A stretch of 63,508 nt of DNA, the filler included, from Paramecium tetraurelia (lineage: Eukaryota): assembly GCA_000165425.1 (NCBI GenBank). It is 5 parts of 5 records of this genome, joined end to end, with 100 filler letters (N's around TTAATTAATTAA, not from the genome) between each part and the next. Parts side by side here need not be neighbours in the genome. Positions count along the whole stretch, not along the records: positions 30,355 to 54,926 come from CT868088.1; 4 more parts are not named here. One strand, 5' to 3'. This document shows positions 37,271 to 53,500 of the stretch, in pieces. A program made the translations under genes and the position numbers. Under the pieces are notes generated by a model. That model saw only the letters and a list, made by a program, of their open reading frames with translations. It did not search any database and was not told the DNA's origin. Numbering within the stretch: the first letter of the stretch is position 1; each line of letters starts with the position of its first letter.

Positions 37271-38586
37271 NNNNNNNNNNNNNNNNNNNNNNNNNNNNNN
37301 NNNNNNNNNNNNNNNNNNNNNNNNNNNNNNNNNNNNNNNNNNNNNNNNNNNNNNNNNNNNNNNNNNNNNNNNNNNNNNNNNNNNNNNNNNNNNNNNNNNN
37401 NNNNNNNNNNNNNNNNNNNNNNNNNNNNNNNNNNNNNNNNNNNNNNNNNNNNNNNNNNNNNNNNNNNNNNNNNNNNNNNNNNNNNNNNNNNNNNNNNNNN
37501 NNNNNNNNNNNNNNNNNNNNNNNNNNNNNNNNNNNNNNNNNNNNNNNNNNNNNNNNNNNNNNNNNNNNNNNNNNNNNNNNNNNNNNNNNNNNNNNNNNNN
37601 NNNNNNNNNNNNNNNNNNNNNNNNNNNNNNNNNNNNNNNNNNNNNNNNNNNNNNNNNNNNNNNNNNNNNNNNNNNNNNNNNNNNNNNNNNNNNNNNNNNN
37701 NGGAAGTAGTAAATCCTTATCGCAATCTTTAGATATTCTTTTGTCATTTTTATGGTATCAAATAAATCAATTAATTAATCCTTTTTTGTAATTAATGTAT
37801 GTGGTTAATAAGAAATATTGTAATTTTTTTAGATTAATTAATTTCTAGGATATAATGAAAATTAATATTTCTAAAAATTCCTTAATAAGTTTTTCTTATT
37901 ATTCAACGGAAAATGTATTCTTATTGTATTAAATTTATTGACACTTCTTCATGCACAAAAATTAGTCAGACCATTATTTAATTAGTTGGTTCAAATTTGG
38001 TATTTTAGAATAATCATCAAAGTAATTGTTAAATGTGATAGAAAAAAAACTATTAAAATCTACTCAATTGCTTGAAACTAAAACTATTCATTTTAAAATG
38101 TATTTCTTTGATTTCTAATCTATCTTAGGGTTATTTAACTTGCATTAAAATATTAAAACTACGTCATCCTGAATTGACACTACCTGACATCAAAATGAAA
38201 CCTAAGAGTGTTAGTAAATAGATTTAAAAGTCCTTATAAGAAAATATACTAATCAATTTCTTCAAACAATATGTTAATTCGTTAGGTGAAAAAGTTAAGA
38301 TTTAAGTTGATGCTCCTTGCTGGATATATTTAATAGATGTGGCATTGTTGTTTCAACTTGCTAAAATAGCATTTGAACTATTAGGTTCAGTTTATTTCAG
38401 AGGCAACAACTTAACTGGTAAGAAATAGGCCAAAAAGGAAATTATGATTTCTAAAGGATGGAAACCGATATTCATTTCACACTAGGAATATTACAAAAAA
38501 AAAATAGTTAATTTATATATGAAGGAAACTTAAAGAAAAATAATATAGATCATAATTGTTTTATTATATATTGTTCATTATATTTT

Positions 38587-41500
38587 TCATTTTTCATCCA
38601 AGCTAATGATAGATAAATATTTATTGTTTTATTTGTTAAATATCTTATTATTCTATTAACCATAATCAACAGGTTATTGATTATCATTATCTTAGTCGCT
38701 CTTAACTTGTATCTGGGAAATATGCTCATTAATTTTCTCTTTTTTTATCATTGGATCTGCTGATACAGTTTCTTATTATATTTTGTTATCTGTTTACTAA
38801 CGTTCTCCAGCAGAAGATAATTGTCCAATATTTTCATCTGATAAATGTACTTTCTATTTTTTTCTATGGTGAATATAGCATTTATAACAGCATATCCAGT
38901 TTATAAGTAATATTAGACAAACAACTATCAATGCATAGAAGATATAAGGATTAGAAATGGGACTCTCAGAGAGAGGATTAGATGTCAAATGACATTAACT
39001 ATCCTTCAAATAATAACCAGCAATGCAAGAACTACATACATTTGGGAGTGAGCAAACGCATTCATTTGGACATTCAGGATCACATAATTTAGTCTTTGAA
39101 TTTCTTTAATATCCTAGAGGACATGACACTTCAGTACAGGAACTACTTGAATTTAATTCGTAACCATTTACACAAGATTAACAGACCAAAGGAACTTCAC
39201 ATTAATTACAATAGAGACCACAATCCATTATGCATTAATTATCCAAAGATAGATAATAACCATATGAGCATCTATAACAATTTAATGGGGATTAGCAAAT
39301 GTTACATTCCTTTCCACATAATTGAGGAGTAGTGATAAATTACTCTTGTCCTTATTTATTGTAGTATTAGATTTGAATACTATCTCCCAAAATAGATCCA
39401 TCAACATCTAAACTTTTTGATATGTATGTAATCGCAAATTTATCATCATTCATTATTTGAATGTTAGGATTTTATGGATATTTTCCTGAAATCGCTACTT
39501 TTATAATCTAAGTTAATTAGACACCCAAAGAATCAAATATTTAGAATTGAATTCCATTTGGTTAATACTATGAATCTGTAGTTTACCAGGCTACTATGAA
39601 TCCATCTTTGAATAATTTTAAATCTGGTGTTTATTCTTTAATCTAAGAACTTCCTATTACCTTAACTTCACTTTTTTAAGATAAATCTTTAGAAATTAAT
39701 TAATAGTTAAGACTGAATAAGGCTTTATAAGTTTATATATTCTTGCTTTCCCACAAGAATACAAACATTCCATTTTTTAAATAAGCTGTTCTAAGTGCAA
39801 ATGTTCCATCATCACTAATGGCCTAAGGTTAATTAACTGGATTTCCAAATTAGGTGATTTATTAGACAAACATATATCCATTGCTTGTGTAGCTAATATA
39901 TATCATTCCTTAGTCATCTTCTGTAATTGATGGAGCTACTAAATAACTTACATTAGGAATCTCTTAAATTGAATTGATACCTTAGAGATTAGGATCAATT
40001 AATTAGTATTTAAAGTTGTAATTTGATTGGTCTTCAGGGCTTTGAGTCATGAATGATACAACCATGTTTTTATTTGATAGAGTTAATAATTAACAAGGTT
40101 GAGTCAGTGATGATACAACATTGTTATTAGATACTCCAATTGACTAAGCAGATGTTAATTTAGTACCAGTAGAATCGAATTCTTGTAATAGGAAATTAGT
40201 CTAATCTGAAGTAGAATCAGCCCAAACAACATAAAAGTTATAGTCAACAGCTGCTAAATGAGCATAATATTATTTCTTTATTGAGGAATCCACTAGTAGT
40301 CTTCTTGTATAATCTGATACTATGATTTCAGCTCCTAATTTAGAATTATTGGCAGAGTATAATTAGAAATATACTCCTGCTTTCTCACCATTTTAATACC
40401 ACACAAGAACATAAGATCCATCTGGGAATGTATATCTTATTGGTGTACTAACACTTGTATTTTTGACTTAATCAACAACAGTTTAGTCTTCAAATTTACA
40501 TTTAGCATCTGCTGTCAAGACAAAACCTTCAGGACAACTTGTACAGTTGAATGGTAAGTCACAAGTTCTGCAACTGGATGGACATTAAGGTAAACATTCA
40601 AGTTGATTCAAATAGTAATTGTCTTGGCATTAATAACATACTAAATTATTTGATTCCTTATAACATTTATCACAATTATTTGGACACTTAAATTTGATGC
40701 ATTGATCATTAATTAATTCATAACCAGTTTAACAAATCTCACATTTAGCAACAACTGAACACTTATTGCAATTTGAGGGGCATTATAAGATACATTATGA
40801 ATTAGCATCTAAATTGTAATTAGTACTACATTTTGTACAATAACTTTCATTTATGCATTCATCACAATATTACATGCACTTGATATTTTAACCATTAGTA
40901 ATTTCATTACCGTATTCATCATACTCCTTAAATAATATCATATTGGAGCATTGTACTTCTAAACATATCCATTTCTACCAATATACCTTTAAACTGTTTT
41001 CAAATGAAATAATCTTATTAAACATTTATGCATTTAATAAGTCAATAAATATTTGTGAATTCAGTTTACTACCAGAATTTTCAAAGTATTAAATAACCAA
41101 TTAGACCATCATATCATTATAAGTATTGTATTACTTAATTACGATGGCAAACGAATTCTAAAATGTGACAATTTTAATAAATTATTGTCGCATCAAACTA
41201 CTCTCCGATACTTTCATTTCTTAAGTTAAAGGTATATATTAGTTGTTTAATAATCTGTAATAGATAGAGTAACCTCCTTTAAAATCAAAATCATATTAGA
41301 AATCTGCACTTGTAAAAAATTAGATTAAATTGCCATTTGATAACTCAAACACGTCACAGGATTATTATTATAAAACTTAAGAAAATGGGCAACTCTTCCA
41401 AATCAATTAATTACCAATAAATAGAGCAGTTTCACCTTATGAATAAAATCTAAATTTATTATTTTCTTTTAATGCAGGGCCTACATCATTTTATTCGAGA

Positions 41501-44500
41501 ATTTATTATGCAAATCCCAATGGATTTAATTCAGAATCCAAAATTAACCTAAAAATTCTTGTCGTTATGATTTAATCCCAAGTAACATGACAGTAAGTTA
41601 GAGAATATTAATTATTTACCTATGCCTCTAAAATCACACAATCTTTACTTAAAAACACATCTAAACTGATCTTACTAAGATCTATAACTTTATTTAAGAT
41701 CACTTATTAATTTTAACCGATTCTTATTACTTCAATAAATTCTTATGCATAACTAATTCCTAAATAGTCCTACTCAATTTATTGGAAAGAGATTAGCGAT
41801 TAGAAAATGATTGATCTCTCTATTGTTACTTTCATAGTCTATATTTATTAAGATATGATATAAAAATTCCAGTAATAAATGCTTTAGCCTTATGGATGAT
41901 ATAGTGTGAAAAAGCAAATATTTCCATCATTTAAACCGACAAGTTCATTAATATCTCCCTCAATTTCTTAAATAATTTGAGGTTTATGATAGTTCGGCTT
42001 AAGAGGAGCACATACTCCTAATGTTTCTTCATAATATCCATCCCTACATAAATAACAAACTGATGGAATGATACAAATCACACAACTCTCTTAACAAATT
42101 GCTAAACAGGCCCCATCATGTAATTAATAGTTTTCAGGACATTAGGTACACATATTATTACTGCCACATTACCTGCAATTGTTAAAACAATAGTTTACTA
42201 TTTTAGTTAAATATTCTCCTTATGCACTCATTTTTTAAATATGAATATTTGAAGAGTCAATTTTATTTATAAGATTATAATTAACCCAGATCACAAAAAA
42301 TGATTGATCTACTGATTCAATTATTTTCATGAAGTTTAAATCTTACCAACTATCTTTGATTATATATTTATTCATAAATTGAACCTCCATATTCTGATTA
42401 AGAAAATACTGTTCTTAAGTTGCAGATACAATGTCTTTAACAATTTCAATTATTATCGAAAGTCCTCCTTTATATTGATCTACTTGAATATAAGAAATTT
42501 ATTAGTAATTATGATCTAGCTATTAGGCGAACTATTTGATCAATTTTTTATTTTCAAGTAAAGGAATAAAATTTTGATCATAAAATTGAGCATAAATTAA
42601 TACATTAGAATTTTCATATATAGAAAATACAATGATAAAATATTATGAGGTACTACTTAAGCAAAGTGGATTGTTAAATTAAGGTGATAATCCTTATGAC
42701 ACGATAAATGATCCCTCGAATGTAAAAACATTTACTTATCTTCTAAAAATAACAGCAACATTTAAATCAGCGGATGAAATCTAGAATAATTGATCATCAT
42801 CAAATTCACCTTAAACTTCTTATGAATTTACTTGCTAATTATCTGAATTATAGAACTTTAATTTCAATACTTTATGCTGTGGTTCTCCACTTAATGTTAT
42901 ATATCCAATTACATATCCTCCATTCTTCAATTTAATCACTTTTGCAATGTTATTCTAAGTATTGATATTAAACTTATCTAATTTAATGACATCTATGTCA
43001 ATATCATCACCAATTCGTTATTAATTTTTAGTGAATCTGGCAATCTTCAGTAAAGCTCCTTATTCGAGATTACCATCAATATATAAGATAATAGCAGTAT
43101 CATCATTTAATATTGAAATTTAAGCAGAATGTTGGTTTCCTTGAGTAATTTAATTCACTTAAAAGTTATTTCCTATCTTTTCTCTCTAACTATCTAATAC
43201 CTAACCATAAACACCCCAATTAAATCCATCTTAATAATTACTAATCCAAACTGCCATTATGGAACCATCGCTAAATCCAGCTATTGAAGGTTTAGTTTGA
43301 ACGAATTAGGTAAATTCATTAAGAACTAATGACTTAGATTAGAATTCATCAACCACACATTTTTATTCGTAAGGATAACGATTATCAGAACATTAAATAC
43401 AGTAATTGCCTATAGAAATAAAGCAACTTTAATCAACCTATTATTCACAATACATATCGTTTTTTAATTTATTGTATTAAAGTTAGTAACTTGCTTCACA
43501 TTTTGTACATTCAGTATTGCTTAAGCATGAAGCACAATTAGGTGAACAAGTATTAATTATTACTTTATTTAAATCCCCAGTATTGCTAAGTATTGATAAT
43601 TATAATCCCCATTTTGCTTCATTATTTTTATATTCCCATGCAAATCCTATTTACTAATTAGAGAAGGTAACTAACAATGGTCTACTAATTTATGAATCAA
43701 TTTAAATTGTTTCTGAAAATATTGTTTCTCCAACATCATTCAAAATTTTATAAACCAGTTTCTAGTTTAATTTATCACAATATGAAATAACAACTTTATT
43801 TGAGAATATGGCAAATGAAAAATCTTAGAATCTAGATACCTTTTATTAGTAACTATTGAAGCATATGGAAATGTCAATACAGGTTTTAAATACCCAATTT
43901 TCTTTTCCACTTATTTTGTACATTAATGCAATTAAATCATTACTCTTATCAAGCTTTATTTAAGTGATATTCGGAACATCCACATTATAAGTCTAGACTA
44001 AACCTCCATAGTCATCTAGTATCATTATTTTTGCATAAAATAAATTGACATTTATTAAATAAATCATATTACCTAATACTTTAAATCCTTTAATGATATT
44101 TTTATTACAATCATCAATTGTAAAGATATCAGGATTATTAACATCTATTTTTTCAAAGACCTTTAGATTTGATGGATCATAAACAAATAATGATTAAGAT
44201 TGTCCAATTTAAGAGACTCCATCAAATACATAATTCTTTAAACAAGTAATGAAAATAAGATAATTTAGTTTAAAACTTTCAATTTTAATATCCTAAGTAT
44301 CTAACTCACAACTCTGATCCAATTATGGTATCAATTAATTTGTAATTTCATCTAATTTATATACCTTACTAATTTTTTTATCTGAATCATAAACTATAAT
44401 CATGTAGATTAGATCATTTAATATAGTTGCATCAAAAAGATAAATATTTTCAATAGTTATTTCAACAAATTTTATTTCTTCCCCAGAAGAATTGAATTTT

Positions 44501-47500
44501 CTGATTCTCAAAACATTCTAACAAATATATAGCATTGCATAATCATTGTTAGAGTATTTCATAAGATCTTTAATTGGCTCTTAAATACATTTATCGACAA
44601 TTTCAATACCTTTTCCATCTCTAATAGGGTTTTTTGTTATTTATTAAGGCTGATCTGGATCTGGCAGATCATTTTCTCTATCAAATATTAACTCTTTTAA
44701 ATTATTGGTGCATGTATCACCATCACATTCATATTTTTACATTAATATTTTGAATCCATTTTAATATTAAATAATTTCCAGAAAACCTTAATTTAATAAA
44801 CAAATATATATTTAATCTCCTATTTTTCTACCAGTATTATATATAAATTAAGCTATCAAATATCTTTGCCCCTAAAATTGATCTTAGCTGTCTTATGAAA
44901 AGAATGTGACAAATGAGTTGATATAATTTAATACTTTAAAAATTGTTTATCCATTAAAACCTTAATTAGAAACACTTATCTTTTTCATAATAATTTCTCC
45001 TAATCCATCGACGAGTTGATACTAAACTTTCGTAATCATTTAACTGTCAAATAATTAGTTCTATCTCCAGCCATAAAGTAGTTGAATTTCGTTCCAGTTT
45101 TCTAATGAGGGTAAACTACATGCATCAACGTCGTATATTCCAGAATTATGACAAAATTTTTCTTCTATTTTATCTTTTGTTATTTTATATTGCTATCCAT
45201 ATTGATTTCTCAATAAAAAATACCCTTATCTTTAAATAATTATAGGCCTAAATCTTTCTATTTCTGTAAAAATAATCTAGGTATTTCTCTACTTTTTATA
45301 AACCTAAATCTAATTTAGCATAATAAAAAGTAACTTAGCTGTAAACGAAATATGAATTGAATATTTATGTTCCTACATAAAATGTAATAATATATTAGAA
45401 ACCCTGTATTGGTTCTAACAAAATGTACTCAGATGGCCTTAACAAAATATTATCATATGAAATCTAAATTTCTGAAAACTATTAAAAATCTAAATAATCT
45501 GAACTAATTAAATTTGAACTTAAATCATATCTTTGTACTTATATCTCATTTTCAAAATAGTAGATAAATATGACATTTTCATCCTCATAATATGTGAACA
45601 TCTATCTATACTGTTGTTATTTTTAATAATTAATAGAATAACTGTTTATTACTTAATCTCCAAGTATCACTTTCAAATTTAATTAATAACTGAAAAAAGA
45701 AAAAAAGACCTTTTAATTCTCATTTACAGTTTTTAGTTAATTTATAGAGTCACCCATTTCATATTCAATTAATACTTAAGGTTAATAAATAGGGAGTTCA
45801 GAGCATTTTCCTTCTTCAAATAAATAGTAACCATTTTAGCATTAAGTGCAATAATATGGATAATAACACTTAGCACAACCTATTTCACAAATAGGGTCGC
45901 ATCGATTTTCATTGTAGGAATAATGATCAAAACATTAATCACAATGAGTTTAATCTTAACATTTTTAACAATTCAATTGACAAACAATCTATTCTTTTAC
46001 AATTATTGAGAAATCATAAGATAAAAGCTAGAAATAAAGGTGATGTTTATCTAAATCAATAACTTTATTGTCCTTTATCCATAAAATAAAGTATTACTTA
46101 TTCAAGGATGGAATGATCTTAAAGTATCTATTTTTCAACATCATTCTCGTTGATTACAGAGATGCATCTATATAAAACTTATTAAATAAAGAAAATTATT
46201 AGTCCTTTATGATGTAAAGCTCTTAAATTTCCTGCTGATTCTCTCTAAAATGAATCTAAAAGAGTAACCCTTCATCATATTCATTCATCTAAATACTTGG
46301 TTCTTAATTATCAAAATATTTAATAATTAAAGGATCTCCTAATTATTCGAATTGTTTATCAAATAAATATACTTAAGCACTACGCTTCTAGAAAAATGAT
46401 AAATATCCTAATGCATATAACCCATTTGTCGACTCCAGAACCAGCTATTCGTCAGGTTGCTATATAAAATAAAGCATTTATTTTTTTTTTAATAAATTTC
46501 CATCTAATGAATACAAATTAACTGAAAATCCAAATTACTAATCTCGATATAATAAAGCAATGTTGATGTCATTGGCAGCTAAAAGAAGAGTGAATTAAAA
46601 TAAGTTTTAATATCCTTCAATTGATTACTAAACTACCAAATTGCTTAATGAATCATAGAAATTTAGATAGATATAATGTCTAATTTCATTTTTCTGTGTT
46701 AGGTATCCAATAAGAAATCCTCCATTTTTTAAGCTTAACAATTCCCATTATGTTAAGTCATTAAAATTTTCCTATTAATACTGGATTGTACCAACTTAAA
46801 ATTCATCTCCAATTCTTTGCATTTACTTATTAAATTTTTAAGCCTTTATAATTGCTTCATTCATTTAAGGATCTCCATCAACATAAATTATTACAACAGT
46901 ATCATCCTATAATACTGCTACCTTTGGAGAATGCTCAATGCCTTGAGATTCAGCATTAATTTATATATTGTCTCCAATTTTAACACCAGTATTATCAATT
47001 AATTAACCAAACACTCCCCAGTCATTGCTATCTTAAAAATAACTTGCCCAAACTACAATGATTGATCCATCACTAAATTTTGCCCCCTCTTATTTTATCA
47101 AACCTTTTGATGTTTGCTAATTAATTCGAATTGCTTTAGCTTATATTTCATTTAAATTGCATGAATCATTTTATAAATAATATTAATCTTTGCAAACCTA
47201 ACATATTCCCATTTAATCATAATAAAAGCAATTAGTCTTAAAACAATATTTTTCATTGCCATTGTCTTTGAGAATAAATCCAGTTTAACATTATGTACAT
47301 TATTTCTCAGAAAGGCATTCTTAACAATTTTCAGAACATTAAATCTCAATTTTATCAACAAATTACCCACTTTAGTTCATTACAGCATAAGACATTCCCC
47401 ATTGACCATTTTAATTTAGAACAGTCCAAGTAAATCCAACAAATCCTTTCATCAAAACAACTATTTAAGTACTATTTATCTCAGCATCACTTGATATAAC

Positions 47501-50500
47501 TCCTGTTGAAAGCTCATTTCCTTATAAATCTATGAACTAAAATGAGGAACTTTTAAGGTTATCATTTTAAGTCCATTATATGAAAAGGTTGTTAGCCACG
47601 ATAGCCATTTAAACATCTGAATTTCCAGGAATAAAATCAATTTTAATAAAAATGATTATCAATATCTTATTGCAAATTCTTAAACTCCAATCTTATGCAT
47701 CATATGTCTTATAAATAAAAATAATAGTTTCTTTGTTAATCTCAAATTTAATTTTTTGAATGCTAGGAATATCTAATGCATATGCCTATTGAACAATTCC
47801 AAAAGAATCTAAAGATATTAATTGTCCACCTGTTTAACTTATTGATAATGTATATATGGTATTGTCAACAATTTTAATTTCAGTTACTTTGTTTTAATTA
47901 CAAGTATTCTAAGTAATTCCATCAGGATAGTTGAAATCTAATTTATTAGCTGTTTGTGAAAAACCAAAATCAAAAATGGCTAATGTTTGAGATTGACAAT
48001 TAATAAATGTTTAGTCAATTTCAACTTATTTATCATTAGAGATTAAAATTACAAAATTTTGAGTCATTGGCTGAAGTTAAATACTATGAATAATAGATTC
48101 CTATGTTATCTCTTATTTATAATTTAAAGTTTAGAAACTATTATCGATTTAAAAAAGTTGATATTTATTAGGTCTGTTAACAAAAACAAAGGCTAAAATA
48201 ATTTGATCTTAAAATAAGATGGTATCTAAAATAAACACAATTTCAATAGTTATGGTAATACTCTAAATTTCTATTCCATCTTTATTAAATAATCTGGCGC
48301 TAAATATGTCATTGCAAATATAAATAATAGCATATCTATTATCTACAAAATTAATTAGTTTATTTTGCAATTATAAATTACATTTATCTCCAACCGGATG
48401 TTAAATAGTTCCAATATTAATTGGGCTTTTAGGATCAGTAGGGTCTGTAGGATCTGTTGGACCTGTTGGATCAGTTGGATCAGTAGGGTCTGTTGGATCA
48501 GTAGGATCAGTAGGATCAGTTGGATCTGTAGGATCTGTTGGATCAGTTGGATCAGTTGGATCAGTAGGATCAGTAGGATCTGTGATATCAATCGGGTCTA
48601 TAGGATCAATGGGATCTGCGGGGCTATTGGGATCTTTCACTTCTTCTTAATAATTTGGATCATAAGCATCTTTAGGGTCAGTAGATTGTTGAATTATCTC
48701 ACATTATCCGAATTCATTAAATTAGAATCCTTATTAGCATTAGTCACACTCACTAAACTTGCATATGCTGCATTAAAATTAGAAACAGACTTTTTCACAA
48801 AGCTAAGTCTCAAAATTTTTTTGGAATCCAAAACTGCAAATATCACATACAGAAGGTGTTTCACATTATCCACAACCCTCAGGGCAAATAATTTCACTTA
48901 CAGACCTTGAAAATCCTAACTAATCGAATCTTGCAAAATTTAATTTCCAATTATATAGTAAGCTTCCTGCGTGAAAAAAGACAATAAAATTATTGTTTTA
49001 CAGCTTAGTTAACCAACTATTTTGTAATGGTATTTCAGAATTATTCATATTAACTTAAACAGAGTTTTTAAGTAGTCCTTACATTGAAAAATAATATAAA
49101 TGATACGATTTTGAATTCTTTTAGTACGAAAGGATGACAATTTCATTTATATCGCTTAAGGCTATGTTGATTGGATATAAACTTGATCCAGTTATATTAT
49201 ATGATTGCCTGATTAAACCTTAAGCAAAGATATTGATTTAATTGTTAGTAACTATGATGAATTATTTAGGAACATTTGATGCCAATTTAATTAATCCTCC
49301 ATCATTAATAATTTGATGTTGAACTAATTTTAATTACATATCAAAGATGTTAAGAATGCTAATTGTATCTTTAATGTAAGCAAAAGCAATTAACTCTCCA
49401 TTAGATGTGAAATCGAAATTATCACTAAAAGGTAATTTGATGTCAGCAACAAATTCAAAGTTTAATTTCATTATTTAAAGATAGATATCAAATCTACTCT
49501 TAATTATTATTGCATATTATCCACTATTCAGAATCTTGGCTTTAATAGATGTTATTTTTTTTTATTATAATCCAGAATAAAATAAAATGGCTTCTGTCAG
49601 TTTATTAAATGTTTAATCAAACTATTAATAGTAATACATATTCTTATCTGAATATGTCAAGGGTAATACAGAATAAAATACTGTAAGTAAGTTATTATCA
49701 TCAATAATTATAGATATGTCATTGATCCTATAAATATCTATAAGGTTTATGATTTTTAGTTTTTGGATCTAAACAGTTGCGTCACTAAGATAATAATTTA
49801 GCTCAATAATTTTATCCTCTTTAAAACCCACAACCACAAAGTTGCCATTTGAGTATGTAGCAATCTAATAGATATAGTAGTAGTTATAATAGCTTTGATA
49901 ATCCAAAGGAATGGTTTTTTCAACTTCTTGATTTATTTTCTCACAAGTAAGATATTAGGTTTTATAATAACCATCAAGACAATCCTGACAATTAGGTTTA
50001 AAATTAACACAATTTTCTGGTTTTTTTATACATTTTCCATCTACTTATAACATAAATAAATCAGGGTTTGTACATTTGAAGCAAAATCCTTAATAATTAC
50101 ACTCTTAACAAGCATAGCCGCACCTCAACTAAGATAAATATATTCTACTGCCATTTTCATTGAATTTATATGAGATTATCATTTAGGTGTCTGCCAAAAT
50201 GTTGTAAAACATTATACTAATTAATATATCATGATTTTGTAATTCAACCACTTCAAGTCTACCTAATGATTTCGTGTAAGCGTTATCTTATTTGATTTCT
50301 ATTTTTTCCCCTATTATAAATTAAAACTGTTTTTATATTAGCACTCCTTTATAGGCAGTATTCAAATTCATATCTGAAAACTCTGAACCTTCCCTCCAAG
50401 TTATCAATATTGAATCTGAAAGTACATTAAGTTATAAATCTAGTTTATAAATTTCACTTCCAGTTGAGATTTTCTAAGGATTGGTTGAGATAATTCCATC

Positions 50501-53500
50501 TTTTTATGTAATTTAAAAAAAAACTTCATATTTAGATGATTCTATGGTTGTCCAAGCAATTAGATTGCTGTCCGAATTTAATGAAATCATTTTAAATTCT
50601 ATTTAGTTTTGGGATTTCTTGACAGTATTTTAATTTAGCATCACCCCTAAGATGTCAAAACTACTCAATAAATAACTATAATAAAGATTATTCTTATTTA
50701 AGATTTTAATTTCATTATCAATTAATTAAATGTCAAAGTATTCAGAGTTCTTAAATTATGAATAAGTTAGTAATTAAATTGTTTAAGTGGGTGAGAAACT
50801 AATTTTGAATAAGCTATCCAAAAATAATGGAATAATAACCAATTATAAAATTGGAACATCCTATATCATCACCATTTGAATCACTCCTAATTTCATATCT
50901 TCCAATTACACTAATTTAACTAAGTTGTCCGAGTACTTTTAAATTATTAGAGAATTAACATTTCCTGTTTAAGAGGAAATTGCAGCATTTGATATACATT
51001 TCTCATTCATATCGAAAATATTTAAATATGTTGTCTAAAAATCATACTAATTTTAGAAAACCTTAAAGGAAATTACAAATAGATCCTCCTTTAAGTACAA
51101 TGACAAAACATCAAAGTAATATCTGCAATCTGTACAGGAAGTTGTGGTTTATAGTACTTTAGGATTGGAATATCTTTTACCAAATTTATCAAACCTTTGA
51201 GTTATTATTTTATATTCTCCCATCCAAAAGTATAAAACATCACCATTTGAAAAAGTTAATACTTTGAAAATATTTAAAAAAGCTTTATCATTTACAAATT
51301 CTATGATCTATTCATTAGGAATATGAAGAATTGATTAACAATTATTTTTGATCAATTCAAAACCATTTGAACATTAACTACAAGTTAGAGTTTAATTTTC
51401 AATTGAATGTGCTTCACAATTATTAATTTTTAGATAACACGAATTAGATAATAGAATATAATTTTATTTACAACTTTAGCAAATATTACTAGTTGAACAA
51501 GTCTAGCAATTGTTTTAGCAAATGATTGTATTTAATGCTAATTAAGTGCCATCGTTCTTATATCTTTTCATATAGACATCATCACTTAAAATTTACGAGA
51601 TTAAACTACTGACTGTCCATGAAGCTATGAAATTACCTTATGGTTAACTTGCTAATTAGGGATGATGTGGGTATAAGTTAGAAACAGAATAAATAATAAC
51701 TGGTTGAGATTTTGTTGAACCATCTAAATTAAACAATTACATTTATATAGTTCTGACTTTATCATCTAATACAGAAACACTTTCAGCAATAATAGCAAAT
51801 CCATTTTCAATTGATATTACATCAGGATTATCTAGATTTTCTTATGAAACTCCAAAATGACTCTAAACTTGATATTGATTTAAATCTGCTGAGACTTATC
51901 TGAATCTTATTTTCTAACTCATAAAATCATTCTCATCAATGACATATTCTTTCCAAGCTATAATTATGGAGTTATCTATAGAAACTATTGCAGGAGATTC
52001 TCCTGTTGTTGATAATTATACTTTATCTATCAACACTTGATTTACACTATATGAACTAGCAAAAACACCTTTATTTGTTTACCAAGATATCACAATAATA
52101 GATTAAGTTGATGCAACAACAGGTTCATTTATTATTTATTCATTTTCAGTGACAATTTAAGTATTAAGTACATTATTATCATTGTCAAAGAATTTAGCTA
52201 TCAATGATATTTATTTCTGATTTCCTTATTCTGCCCAAACTATAACAAACCCATTAATAATTGATTAAATGATTACTGGAGTATCATATGATTAAGCATA
52301 ATAAAGATGTATATCTGTTTATACGATAGTTTCACTACCAATTCTTAAGAAATCTTTATCAAATCTTAACATCTTGATATTAGCATTTACTAATATATTG
52401 CCATCTATCCAAACAACAACTATCTAATCATTGCTCATCACTTAAACATCAGGATATTATTGAATTCCTGCTGATGATTCAGATATTCTCATTTGTTCTT
52501 TTAATAACACACCCTGAGAATTATATAATGACATGTAAATTCCCAGTTCCTTCATTCTGATAAAATTGTGTTGACCATACAATAACATAATCTCCATTAG
52601 ATAATGTAGAAATTCTCTATCTACTTTAAGCTGGATAGACGCTCATTTTAATTTCTTTATATTTTGAATCACTAATCTAACATTTATAATCTGATGTGAC
52701 AGAGTATCCAACAGCACATTAAGAGCATCGACCATAATTACCATTTGTACAATAATCTGGTAATTTCAATGCACATTTATTATTTTGTAATGTAAATCCT
52801 TATTTGCAAATTACACATAGATTCTTATTATTACAATAGAAGCAATTTGTTTCGCAATTATCTTGATATAAGTATGTTCCTTTACTTTGAATAAAGAATA
52901 TATAATTGACATTATTCATTACTCCTTAGAATACAACATATGATTAATAATTTCTTGGATCTACATAGGTTAATAATTTTGTATTTGATTAATACTAACT
53001 TAAGATATTTAATGGAGATGTCAACATTTCTTAAGATGATCCATATTTTAGGAAGGACAAGGAAGCAAAAGATACTCGTATTCTTTATTGCTCTCCCTTT
53101 TCGATTTATATGTATGTTAATTATATATGTTAAGTAGGGATGTAATTAAGATACAAACTCTTAATTGTGATGTATGAGTTTATAGCTATTCTCTTAGTTG
53201 CTTATTGATTTAACTATCTATCAAAATATTATATATAGGCATAATAACTCCGTATTCCTAATAAGTTAATTTAACTTTCTATCCAACCAATAGCTAAACC
53301 ACTACTGTCAATGTTATCTGAAGAAATGGATTCAATCTGGTTTGTGCTCTAATAGAGTTGTTTGTATTTTGTAGTTGTACTATCGATAGTTAATGAGTTT
53401 ATTATATTATTATTTTTGATATAGATTATTTGATAGGATGAGGTCTAGATCAATAATTATGGATTGATGGAGATATCATCTTAATTTTCATTAATATTTT

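Noticed and set aside
30355..38500. Retained IESs (TA-bounded germline inserts)
   Set aside because: Cannot be identified without comparing MAC and MIC versions, since TA boundaries are ubiquitous at this AT content
48428..48616. Possible CRISPR-like array
   Set aside because: Contiguous 9-bp coding units without spacers, in a eukaryotic gene
48398..48910. + strand 170-aa ORF with (WIS/RIS/RIC) repeats, and the shifted minus-frame ORF at 48355-48591
   Set aside because: Antisense or alternative-frame shadows of the DPT repeat; third-position variation fits the DPT frame
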